From positions 334,304,001 through 334,368,000 of the forward strand of contig OZ024743.1 in assembly GCA_964016885.1 (NCBI GenBank): 64,000 nt of DNA. The letters are read 5' to 3'. The translations under genes and the position numbers were made by a program. A model generated the notes under the pieces. It saw only the letters and a program-made list of their open reading frames with translations. It was not told the DNA's origin and ran no database searches. Positions 12,024-20,813 of this stretch are shown here, in pieces (position 1 is the first letter of the stretch; each line of letters begins with the position of its first letter). The DNA is from Eledone cirrhosa (lineage: Eukaryota).

Positions 12024-15000
12024 CTATAGTCTGATGTAGAGTGAAGGCCCATTCACACGGGCCATTCTCGCCACTTTCACCCATCTTTCATAGAAACGGC
12101 TGGGGTGCAGCACCTCTCTCTCCATCCTGATCCTTCTTCCGAAATGATATCGGAAGAAACGGACCAGTTGTTGGCCAGAGAGAAAGGTGCCCGACCTCAG
12201 TCCTTTCAGACGCGTCCACCATACAACCTCTTTCGCCATGGCTATTACGCACAGAAACACCGCCTCTGCTTCATCTTTGAAGGGGGGAGGCGGCTTGATC
12301 ATTACAATAGACTCGGTGGTCAACCGGATCGGTTCCACCCTTGACAGCAGTTGTTCGACATAGCCCCACAGATCGGCTACGCCCGAGCAGTGTACCAATG
12401 CGTGTGCAACGGTTTCCTCGTCGCACACGCATCTGGGACAGATCTTTTTGGCGGGGTCCCTACCCGGGCGCCCGTGTCTGTAGAGCCTTTCTCGAACGGG
12501 TAAAGCCCCTCGGTAGCACTGCCAGGCCAGGGACTTCTGGAAGTTGTCCATAGGTCCCGGGCTGAATGTCCTACCGAACAGGCTGGCCAGTTCGTCCTCC
12601 TCCATGTCTAGGGCTTCTCCGAGGGCGTCGTCGCACCTGCTGCGTACCAGCCCTCTATAGAATGTTGCGGTGGAGTCTCCACTGATAACCGGATCCGCCT
12701 GCCAGAGGGCGGTGAGCGCCTGGGCACACTCAGTGTGCCAGGCGCCCAGTTTTCTCGGTCTTTGCTTGACCCAGGATTGCAGCTCGGTGAGTGAGACGAG
12801 TCTGGGAAAGGTTCGCCTCACAAACGAGGCCCACACCGGTTGTCCGGTGAGGAATACGTAGAGGTGCCGTAGCCTTAATGCGTGTTTACGCATCATTAGC
12901 CACGGCATCCCCAGCCCTCCTTTCGAAGGGTGTTGACAGCAGATGGATCTCCTCACCATAGGAGCCCGCCTCTTCCAAAGGAATTGGAAGAGCGCGCGCT
13001 CCATCTTGGTGAGGGTTTCCCTTGGGCAGGGCACTACGGTCAGGCGGTAGTAGATGACGGACGCTATGTAGGTGTTCGCCACCTCCGCCCGACCTTTCAG
13101 GGATAGTTTGCAACTGGCCCACTTCTGGGTCAGTGCAAACACCCTGTTCGTAACCTCCGCCCAGTTTTTCTCCACCTGGAGGTCCGGTCCGAACCAGACC
13201 CCGAGCAACTTCACCGGGCCCTCCGTCCAGCGTCCGACGACGCCATCGGAGGGCATCGGTCTGCCCCTCCACGTGCCGAGTTGCAAACCGATCGACTTGT
13301 CCCGGTTCAGCTTAGCCCCTGTGAACTTTTCGTACTCCTCCAGTAAGGTGCCGACCGCCTCGATTTCGGAGGCCGTCGACACCATTACTGTCACGTCATC
13401 GGCGTAGGCCGACACCGCTTTCCGCAATCCCGGTTCCAAAGGGATGCCCTGCAACAACTCCAACTTCCGCAGTAGTGGCTCGAGAGTCAACACATACAGA
13501 AGGGAGGAGAGAGGGCACCCCTGTCGGATGGACCGCGCGATTTTGAACGGCTCCGAGAGGTAGCCGTTCACCTTGACCCTAGAGCAGATGCGGCTGCTGT
13601 GCATAGCAGTGATCCAGCCCCTGAAAACGGGTCCGAAGCCTGCCGCCGCTAGCACCGCATCCAGGTAACCATGGTCGACCCTATCGAACGCCTTAGATTG
13701 ATCCAAGTTGATCAGAGCCCCACCAAAGCCGGGTTCGTTCCCAACCCTCTCTATGATGTATCGCATGAGGTGGAGGTTGTCATGGATGGACCTGGACGGG
13801 ATAGCGCATGTCTGCGCATCTCCCACCAGGTTGCCCACGACAAGCGCCAACCTCTTTGCTAGCACCTTGGCCAAAATCTGTAACTCTGTATTTAGCAGAG
13901 TTATGGGCCTGAAGTTACTTATTTCGTCCCCCTTGTTCTCGTCCTTCCTCACTAGCGTGACTACGCCCTTGGTCACAGTACAGGGAATTCTCCCATTCTG
14001 TTGCCAGTTGCAGTAGACCGCCTCGAGGAGATCGGGGAACAAGTCCGGCATAGCTAGATATAATTCGTAAGGAAGACCATCGAGACCCGGGGATTTGCGT
14101 TTGCCGCATTGGCTCAGCACGTCCTCTATCTCAGCGGCCGAAATCGGCTCCTCGCAGGACTTCGCCTCCCTGTCCGAGAGGCGCGGCAGGCCGTCGAGGT
14201 ATGGACCGAAGTCCACGTTCCCAACCGGCTCCCCGCCCCTCCCGAACAGTCGGGCAAAGTGCCTTTGAAAGGCCTCACACATCTGCTTAGGCTCAAGAAT
14301 CGCCCGTCCATCCAGGTCTCGCAAAGACCGGATGGTGGATTTAGTTCCACTGTTGGCCTCTGTCACGCGGGCCCAGCTAACAGCTTTGGTCCCCTCGTTC
14401 CCTAGAGCACGTATTTTACTTCGGACAACGCAGCCTTCGTGCTTCGCGTCGAAAAACTGGCTCAAAGCCGTTCTCGACGCTAGCACTCTGGCCACGTCGC
14501 CGCTTCTAATTGCCTCTTCTACTCTATCTATTAGCTCCCTTTCCTTCCTATTCCTATCCGCAGCTAGAACCTTACTAAATTCTATCGAGACTACTCTAAT
14601 CTCTCTCTTTAGAGATACCCACCACCTGCTGTTGACGATCGCTCCAGTCAACCGTTCCTTAACTAACGTACTAATCCGATTCCTGTAGGCTCTACTTGCC
14701 GGCAAGGACAAGTTGAGCTTCCAGTAACCGGGGCCCTGTCTATGAGTTCTGTCAAGGTTGACCATGCAGGTCACTAATTTGTGGTCTGAATAGCCAACCA
14801 TGCGCATTTTTGGACAACTTAAAAAGTCCTTATCCTTAATTCTAACTAAGAACCTATCTAGGTACGACCTAGATGATCCGCTACGATTTGCCCAAGTCCA
14901 GGTTGGCGCAGTCGGAAAATCTAGTCGATATCTATCGGCCAGGTCAAATCGACCGATTAACCCTTTGAGGCTATTACACCCCTCTCTATCGGGGCAGGCC

Positions 15001-15461
15001 CCTACGTAGTCCCAGCGTGCATCTAGGATACCATTCCAGTCCCCCACTAATAGCAAGGAGCGGGACGTCCCCAGAAAAGTCTCCAGACGATGGAAGAAGT
15101 CCGGCCGCATTGACCCGAAAGGGCCGTAGGCGGCTACCAACCTAAACGCTCCGCCTTTACCACTGCCAAGGTCCAGAACCACTAGTCGACCCTCCGGGTC
15201 CAAATGTACCATCTGTGTTGCGAGACCCAGATGTTTTTGCAGCAGAACGACAACTCCACCTCCACCTCCGGGCTGACAGAGAGATGCGTGCATCTCAAAG
15301 TCATCAAAGGTGGGGGCCAGCTGTCGCACGTTGCTGATCCGGGCCTCGCAAATAACCATCACATCTATACGTTGTGACCTGAGGTCATTTAGAAGCATTG
15401 CTTGCTTCCAAGTTGAGCCCAGGCCACGCGCATTTAAACAGCCTACTCTTAGCATAGCCAT
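12024..15461 (-). CDS. LINE ORF2 protein: apurinic-like endonuclease, reverse transcriptase, C-terminal CCHC; intact, 1145 aa from the first ATG
   Basis: EN motifs CLNARGL, ICEAR, AAYGP, GDWN, TWTW, SYLDRFL, SDH. RT motifs FRPITLLNTE, LDQSKAFDRVDH, IRQGCPLS, YADD. CPRC-x8-H-x4-C. The ORF track starts at GTG 15485; the first ATG is at 15461. Confidence 0.95.
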   Translation of the reverse strand: MAMLRVGCLNARGLGSTWKQAMLLNDLRSQRIDVMVICEARISNVRQLAPTFDDFEMHASLCQPGGGGGVVVLLQKHLGLATQMVHLDPEGRLVVLDLGSGKGGAFRLVAAYGPFGSMRPDFFHRLETFLGTSRSLLLVGDWNGILDARWDYVGACPDREGCNSLKGLIGRFDLADRYRLDFPTAPTWTWANRSGSSRSYLDRFLVRIKDKDFLSCPKMRMVGYSDHKLVTCMVNLDRTHRQGPGYWKLNLSLPASRAYRNRISTLVKERLTGAIVNSRWWVSLKREIRVVSIEFSKVLAADRNRKERELIDRVEEAIRSGDVARVLASRTALSQFFDAKHEGCVVRSKIRALGNEGTKAVSWARVTEANSGTKSTIRSLRDLDGRAILEPKQMCEAFQRHFARLFGRGGEPVGNVDFGPYLDGLPRLSDREAKSCEEPISAAEIEDVLSQCGKRKSPGLDGLPYELYLAMPDLFPDLLEAVYCNWQQNGRIPCTVTKGVVTLVRKDENKGDEISNFRPITLLNTELQILAKVLAKRLALVVGNLVGDAQTCAIPSRSIHDNLHLMRYIIERVGNEPGFGGALINLDQSKAFDRVDHGYLDAVLAAAGFGPVFRGWITAMHSSRICSRVKVNGYLSEPFKIARSIRQGCPLSSLLYVLTLEPLLRKLELLQGIPLEPGLRKAVSAYADDVTVMVSTASEIEAVGTLLEEYEKFTGAKLNRDKSIGLQLGTWRGRPMPSDGVVGRWTEGPVKLLGVWFGPDLQVEKNWAEVTNRVFALTQKWASCKLSLKGRAEVANTYIASVIYYRLTVVPCPRETLTKMERALFQFLWKRRAPMVRRSICCQHPSKGGLGMPWLMMRKHALRLRHLYVFLTGQPVWASFVRRTFPRLVSLTELQSWVKQRPRKLGAWHTECAQALTALWQADPVISGDSTATFYRGLVRSRCDDALGEALDMEEDELASLFGRTFSPGPMDNFQKSLAWQCYRGALPVRERLYRHGRPGRDPAKKICPRCVCDEETVAHALVHCSGVADLWGYVEQLLSRVEPIRLTTESIVMIKPPPPFKDEAEAVFLCVIAMAKEVVWWTRLKGLRSGTFLSGQQLVRFFRYHFGRRIRMEREVLHPSRFYERWVKVARMARVNGPSLYIRL

Positions 15462-15485
15462 GTTGGTGGTGAAGAGAAAAGGCAC

Positions 15486-17283
15486 TTACCTCTCTGCGTC
15501 CCGGGTATCGGGCTGCACAATTTCCATTAGGGTGGGGGATGGGTTGTTGGGTGGGGTGGTGGTTTGTGGAAGTGTGGGGGCATCAGTGTGTTGTGTGGTT
15601 GGGGAGCTTGGAGTTGTGTGGGTGTTTGGGGAGGGGGTGGGATAGTTTTTTAGGAGGACGCGGTTAATGGGCCCGACGCAGGGGGGACCCACGTCCTCTT
15701 TAAAATTGTTTTTTAAAGTTTTATAGGTGTCCTGTGGGGCCTTAATCATTTTGAGGTGGGGGAAATCCCCTGCCTGGGTGAAGTTAGGCCCTTGTGTTTT
15801 TATTAGATTGTTGTTGTACACAATGTTTAACAGTTTTTTGTTTCTTGTATTTATGTATGTGTATGCATGTTTTTGTTTTTGTGTGGTGTTTTTTGTTTAC
15901 TGTTGTGAGCTCTTTTGTGTTGGTGTCAGTGTTATGTTTTGGGGAGGGGTTTTTTTCATTTGTGTGTCTGAGGTGTGTTTTCTTTTTTTTCTTTTGATTG
16001 TGTGGAAGTGCTCCTCCTCGTCTGACGACGAACTAGGGTCATCTTCCGCGTTGGAGGGGAGGGGTATATTTTCGGGTTGTGTTTGCGGTACGGGTGTTTT
16101 GGAAATTGTTTTTGTTTTTTGAGTGGAGGGGATGGGTTGGACATTGTTTTGTTTTGGTTTGAACTGTGGTGGTTGTTTTTGTAGTGGTAGTTGTGGTGAT
16201 TGTGTTGGTTGTGCAGTTGTTGGTGGTGTAGGCAGGATTGGGGTTTTCTTATTAAGTTGGGGACAGACAGCCCTCAGGTGACCTCTGGTTCCGCAGAGGT
16301 AACACGAGGGCCGTCTACCCTCAACGGTAATGTTGATGAAGGTTAGATCATCCAGTATGACGCGTTCAGGGATCTGGGCGATCCTTTCGGGCCTCATTTG
16401 AACTACAAGTTCGAGGCTCGTTCCACTGAACGCGTCACCCGATGCCTTTCCCATGGACACCAGCATGTCATCCTCCAGGTCCAGAAAACCTGTCAAAACC
16501 CACCATATGTCCATAATCGGCAGGATGGTGTGGATTTTTATTTTTTGTGTTCTTCTACCCATGTACGTAGGGTAGAAGGTGTATGCGGTGGATGTGATTG
16601 GTTTGATGGACAGTTTCACTGCTGTGTCCCTGTCCTTCATGAGAATGGATAGACTCCCGTAGAGTCTATCCTTCTGAATGAAGGTGATGTCCTTCATGAC
16701 GTCTTTTAAAACCAGCTCTATCTCGCTCTGTGATGGTTGAGCTGGTTTTTTACTTTTGTTCGAGATTGTCCTAAACATGACCGTGTTTAGGAGTCTCTGG
16801 CTTTTTAGTTCCGGGGGGGAATGGATTGTGAATGAACCATTTTCCCCGTACACTATATATTTTTTCGCATCCGCCAGTAGCTCCTTCGCTTTTGTTATAT
16901 CTACTGGCAGATAGTCGAGGGTTTTCCTTGTCGTCTCGGCGAAGGAGAAATTTTGTTTGTTTGTTTGTGTTGTTGTTGTTGTCGTTGGTGGTGTTGTTGT
17001 TATCATTGTTGTTGTTGTCACCGTTATTGGTCTTGTTGTTGTTGTTATTGTTATTGTTATTGGTGTTGTTTTCGTCCGTCGCATTGTTGTTGTTGTTGCT
17101 GTTGCTGCTGATTCTTTGGGTTGTTGCCATGGCAACGTCAAGTTGTCGGTTAACAGGTGAAGAGAATTCTTCCTCTGGCTGACCTTTCTTCTTGACCTCT
17201 GCTACTGTGACAGTGGCAGGGGGAAGCTGTAAGTTCATCTTCCCCTTTCCTCCTTCGAATTTTGGTGAAGAAGCTTCGGCCAT
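15486..17283 (-). pseudogene. LINE ORF1 (gag-like nucleic-acid-binding protein), interrupted by one frameshift and one in-frame stop
   Basis: The ATG-17283 frame (MAEASSPK...poly-N) shifts +1 around the (ACAA)n run ~16950-16970 into the frame carrying NFSFAETTRK...CYLCGTRGHLRAVC (CX2CX4HX4C). After TAA 15897-15899 the same frame stays open (TKNTTQKQKH...VYNNNL...DAER) to TAA 15486-15488. Confidence 0.8.
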
Positions 17284-17500
17284 TTAAAAAAATATTGACT
17301 TTTCAACAAGAAAAAACTTTTTTTTTTTTGTTTAACTATTTCGCCTAAAGGCGTAGAATATTTTGAGAGACTGACCAGATCAAAGTTTGACCTGGCAGTC
17401 CCTCTACAAAATGGTACAAAAATTAAAGTTATCAGACAAGAATTTCTATAGAAATTTAAACAGAACTTACTCAGCAAGTTATACGCGTGTGTCCATCCCA

Positions 17501-17501
17501 G

Positions 17502-17548
<47 letters not shown>

Positions 17549-17600
17549 AAGATAGATGGATAGAAAAAAAGGAAATAGAAAGAGAGAGAGAGAGAGAGAT
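17501..17600. repeat. (GATA)n then (GA)n tract at the 5' junction of LINE copy B
   Basis: Read directly. Confidence 0.93.
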
Positions 17601-18042
17601 TGATTATTGGATAAAGCGATAGGTAGATAGATAAAAAGGAGTTTGAACAAATGTTCAAGGATTACAAAAACATATTTAGAGAAATACTTCTTGAGTAAAT
17701 GTTTATAAAATATTTATTATATCTTAACAATGAAATTTCCGATCTCATTCAAAGTAGATCTTCAAATGTTAATACTATTTTTCACCTGAAGGTTTAATTT
17801 TGAATAGGAAACCCAACCAGAGTTCTGTATGCAAGTATAAAATATATAACATCTATTTACATTACAGCTATAAAATGTATCCGACTGTAAGTTTGTTATT
17901 CATTTACAAATCTTTGGCATACAGATGAGAGTGAAATTTGTTTCTTTTTGTTGAAGTGGTAATTACAAACTATTCGGAGTTAAATGTAGACCTTCAACTA
18001 TTATTTTTTCTATTTAGGATAGTGTACATAATCTATTATGAA

Positions 18043-18193
18043 CACACACACACACACCACACACACATCACACATATATATATATATATATATTTACGTA
18101 TATATGTGTGCATGTTTATGTATATACATATATTTACATGAACATTTCGTATATGATTTAATATACAACCCGTCATATATATATGTATGTATG

Positions 18194-18289
<96 letters not shown>
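18043..18289. repeat. Compound (CA)/(TA)/(TATG) microsatellite ending in a long (TA)n tract
   Basis: Read directly; pure (TA)n ~18198-18289 abuts the transposon TIR. Confidence 0.9.
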
Positions 18290-18292
<3 letters not shown>

Positions 18293-18317
18293 GGTGGGGC
18301 ATAATTCCTGTTACAAA
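18290..18317 (+). repeat. Left terminal inverted repeat
   Basis: CAGGGTGGGGCATAATTCCTGTTACAAA. Confidence 0.93.
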
Positions 18318-18436
18318 GTTCTAAATCAATTTAAAAATACATTATGCTGCTAACATAACTAATATATTTGTATCAAATCCATGCACTATAACCATATTAA
18401 CTATTTTTCAGAACATTACGCCATTAACAATTTGCA

Positions 18437-19471
18437 ATGTCCATAGAATTGAAAAGAAAGTTCATAATAGAGAAGCATGAAAAAGGCCTGACTCCACCCA
18501 AGATATTTAAACTGGGGAAAATTCTTAAGATCAATAGAATGTTGATCAAAAGGACAATCGATCGATTTAAGGAAACTTCCTCGATCAAAGACAGACCTCG
18601 ATCCAGACGCCCTCGCACCTCAAGAACACCAAAACTTGTTAAAAGTGTGAGGGAAAAAATAAGGCGCAATCCAAGAAGGTCCATGAGTAAAATGGCAGAA
18701 GAAGCAGAAACATCGCCGAGAACTATGCGGAGGATATGTCGAAATGATCTGGGGATGTCACTCTATAAGTTCCAAAAGAGGGAGCTTCTTTCTGCAGCCA
18801 CAATTGAAAAGAGGCTCTCCAGGAGTAAACTGTTATTGAACTGTATCAAGGATGGCACGCTGCAAAACATCATCTTTACAGATGAGAAGTTATTCACTGT
18901 GCAGCAGTCTCACAATCATCAAAATGATCGAGTACTTGCAAAAAGTCTCAAATCAATTCCTTCAAGTGTAGGAAAAGTGTTCAGAACACAGAAACCAGCA
19001 TCAGTGATGATTTGGGCAGCCATTTCTGAAAGAGGTAAGTCTCCTCTGATTTTTGTGCCTCAAGGAGTTAACATTAACAAAGAACTTTGCATAAAGGATA
19101 TTTTGGAAGGAGCACTGATGCCATGGTGCATATCTGTTTATGGCGATGACATTTGGACTCTCCAACAAGATGGAGCGACGAGCCACACTGCTTGCATAAC
19201 ACAACAGTGGTGTAGAGACCATTGTCCTGCATGCATCAGTAAGGTAGAGTGGCCTCCCACATCACCAGATCTCAACGCTCTCGATTTTTCTTTACGGTCA
19301 ATTCTTGAGAGTGGAACCTGCTCTACTCCTAGCCAAAATATTGAAACTCTAATATCAAAACTGAATAAAGTATGGGAGAAAATACCGATGGAAACTGTTC
19401 GTGCAGCCATCGAAGACTTTCCTAGAAGACTTCCAGCGGTGGTGAAAGTTAGAGGAAATAATTTCGAATAA
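18437..19471 (+). CDS. DD37D (maT-type) transposase, 344 aa
   Basis: N-terminal HTH region with DRPRSRRPRT linker. Catalytic IIFTDEK, QQDGATSH and WPPTSPDLNALD, with 37 residues counted between the second and third Asp. Confidence 0.93.
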   Translation: MSIELKRKFIIEKHEKGLTPPKIFKLGKILKINRMLIKRTIDRFKETSSIKDRPRSRRPRTSRTPKLVKSVREKIRRNPRRSMSKMAEEAETSPRTMRRICRNDLGMSLYKFQKRELLSAATIEKRLSRSKLLLNCIKDGTLQNIIFTDEKLFTVQQSHNHQNDRVLAKSLKSIPSSVGKVFRTQKPASVMIWAAISERGKSPLIFVPQGVNINKELCIKDILEGALMPWCISVYGDDIWTLQQDGATSHTACITQQWCRDHCPACISKVEWPPTSPDLNALDFSLRSILESGTCSTPSQNIETLISKLNKVWEKIPMETVRAAIEDFPRRLPAVVKVRGNNFE

Positions 19472-19565
19472 ATTTTTGTGCAGTTGTTTAATAGTATATT
19501 ACTTACTATTTGTTGAAGTCAGATCTTGAAATAAATATTTTTTTCAAGAACTATTTGCATTTTAT

Positions 19566-19748
<183 letters not shown>

Positions 19749-19825
19749 AGATTCCGAGTTAAATAAGGTACGCATTACATTAGTAGAGTGTGAACACTAT
19801 TATTTGATATAGGAATGGCTTCAAC

Positions 19826-19852
19826 AGGACTAGAACTGTTTCATTCGTATGG

Positions 19853-19855
<3 letters not shown>
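19826..19855 (-). ncRNA. Possible 3' half of a degenerate minimal hammerhead ribozyme
   Basis: Minus strand ATTC-CATAC-GAAT-GAAAC-AGTT-CT-A: a stem II hairpin, GAAA and a short mismatched stem III. The CUGANGA half is absent; (TA)n occupies its place. Confidence 0.3.

Positions 19856-19948
<93 letters not shown>
19856..19948. repeat. (TA)n(GA)n microsatellite
   Basis: Read directly. Confidence 0.95.
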
Positions 19949-19951
<3 letters not shown>

Positions 19952-19985
19952 CAATAAGAATTCCAGCTTTTTGTGAAACTTTATT

Positions 19986-20073
19986 TCATATTACAATTGT
20001 TTATATATCGATCAGCTCGGGTTTGATCAGGTGATCGGATCCCGACCCTTAATCGACACTTCTTCAGATATGA
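19986..20073 (-). ncRNA. Penelope-type minimal type-I hammerhead ribozyme motif lacking catalytic G12 (probably inactive)
   Basis: Minus strand: TCATAT-CTGAAGA-[stem II GTGTCGATTA/TGATCGATAT, TCGGG/CCCGA, GATCA/TGATC]-tAAAC-AATT-GT-A-ATATGA. 6-bp stem I, palindromic ACAATTGT stem III, GUA triplet, with AATAAA immediately downstream. Confidence 0.7.
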
Positions 20074-20110
20074 GAGTTTACATATGCATACATTATATAT
20101 AAATGTTTGC

Positions 20111-20120
<10 letters not shown>

Positions 20121-20200
<80 letters not shown>
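20121..20200. repeat. (TA)n microsatellite
   Basis: Read directly. Confidence 0.95.
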
Positions 20201-20203
<3 letters not shown>

Positions 20204-20253
20204 TAATAAAAACAATGAATAAAAACAAAGAACAAGTTCCTTATATTAAAAAT

Positions 20254-20389
20254 TCATCATTTTACGATCGTTTCTAGGATATATATGTGTGTTGGTATGT
20301 ATATCATATAGATCTATGTAAAAATATTACAAACTATCAGAGGAAATATACATACCTCCACATATATATGCTGTCTTCAGAAATGATGA
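20254..20389 (-). ncRNA. Penelope-type minimal type-I hammerhead ribozyme with complete core and ~100-nt stem II
   Basis: Minus strand: TCATCATTT-CTGAAGA-[stem II ATATATATGTG/CACATATATAT and GGTATGTATAT/ATATACATACC]-GAAAC-GATC-GT-A-AAATGATGA. Perfect 9-bp stem I, palindromic ACGATCGT stem III, predicted cleavage 3' of GUA between 20263 and 20262. Confidence 0.85.
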
Positions 20390-20692
20390 GATATACATAA
20401 ATACCTATACCCATGAATCTATGTATGTCTAAGTATGTGTGAGGTGTAAGTGATTCTATAAAGGTATATGGACTTGTATGTAAGCCAAATCGTCTTTGGT
20501 AATGTGATGATATTTTACAGTACAAGAATATATAGTTGTATCAAAGGATTAATATACCCATTAAATGTCTGTATATATTTATACATATTTATGTGCGGGC
20601 GAGGTGACATATCGATATTTATGTACACACCTATTGTGTATGATTAAGTTTTCCTCTAAGAAATGCAAAATAATTATTTGTATGTGTTTTAA

Positions 20693-20813
20693 GGCGGCAA
20701 ATTGGCAAAGTCGTTAGAACATCAGATAGAATGCTTTGTAGAATTCGTTCCGGATCTCAGCTCTTTCAGTTCAAATCCTGACGAGGTCAACTTTCATATT
20801 CATCCATTCGAGG
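20693..20813 (+). mobile_element. 3'-truncated tRNA-derived SINE head (same family as 8395-8574)
   Basis: GGCGGCAAATTGGCAAAGTCGTTAG (A-box-like) ... CAGTTCAAATCC (B box) ...GAGGTCAACTTTCATATTCATCCATTCGAGG aligns with GAGTTCAAATCCCGCCGAGATTAAGTTTGCCTTTCATCCTTACGGGG of the other copy. Cut off by the satellite. Confidence 0.75.

Larger units (their letters stand above)
11761..17500 (-). mobile_element. Full-length (~5.74 kb) Tx1/L1-clade non-LTR retrotransposon (copy B) inserted in a (GATA)n tract
   Basis: ~215-nt 5' UTR starting TGGGATGGACACACGCG, ORF1 with zinc knuckle, ORF2 APE-RT-CCHC, ~260-nt 3' UTR ending AATAAAAGAAAT. (GATA)n lies directly on both flanks. Tx1 assignment rests on the ORF1 CCHC knuckle and ORF2 motifs GPGYWKLN, KSPGLDGLPYE, LSLKGR and KGGLGMP. 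Confidence 0.92.

Noticed and set aside
16945-16955. Slippery heptamer A-AAT-TTC as a programmed -1 frameshift in ORF1
   Set aside because: It is phased in the downstream frame. Joining the ATG frame to the knuckle frame needs +1, so the direction is wrong.
8615-17182. Numerous short antisense or alternate-frame ORFs over the LINEs
   Set aside because: Shadows of GC-rich LINE coding sequence. Similar antisense ORFs in both copies reflect their homology, not separate genes.
17868-17886. Possible 19-nt micro-exon (TTACAG|...|GTAAGT) in the AT-rich unique stretch
   Set aside because: Weak polypyrimidine tract, no other exons or host gene evident, and expected by chance; RNA-seq would be needed.
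18125-18180. Hairpin GTATAT/ATATAC followed by GAAA on the minus strand, resembling a fourth hammerhead
   Set aside because: No CUGANGA box (ATGACGG), no proper stem III, and the pairing is explained by TA-rich low complexity.
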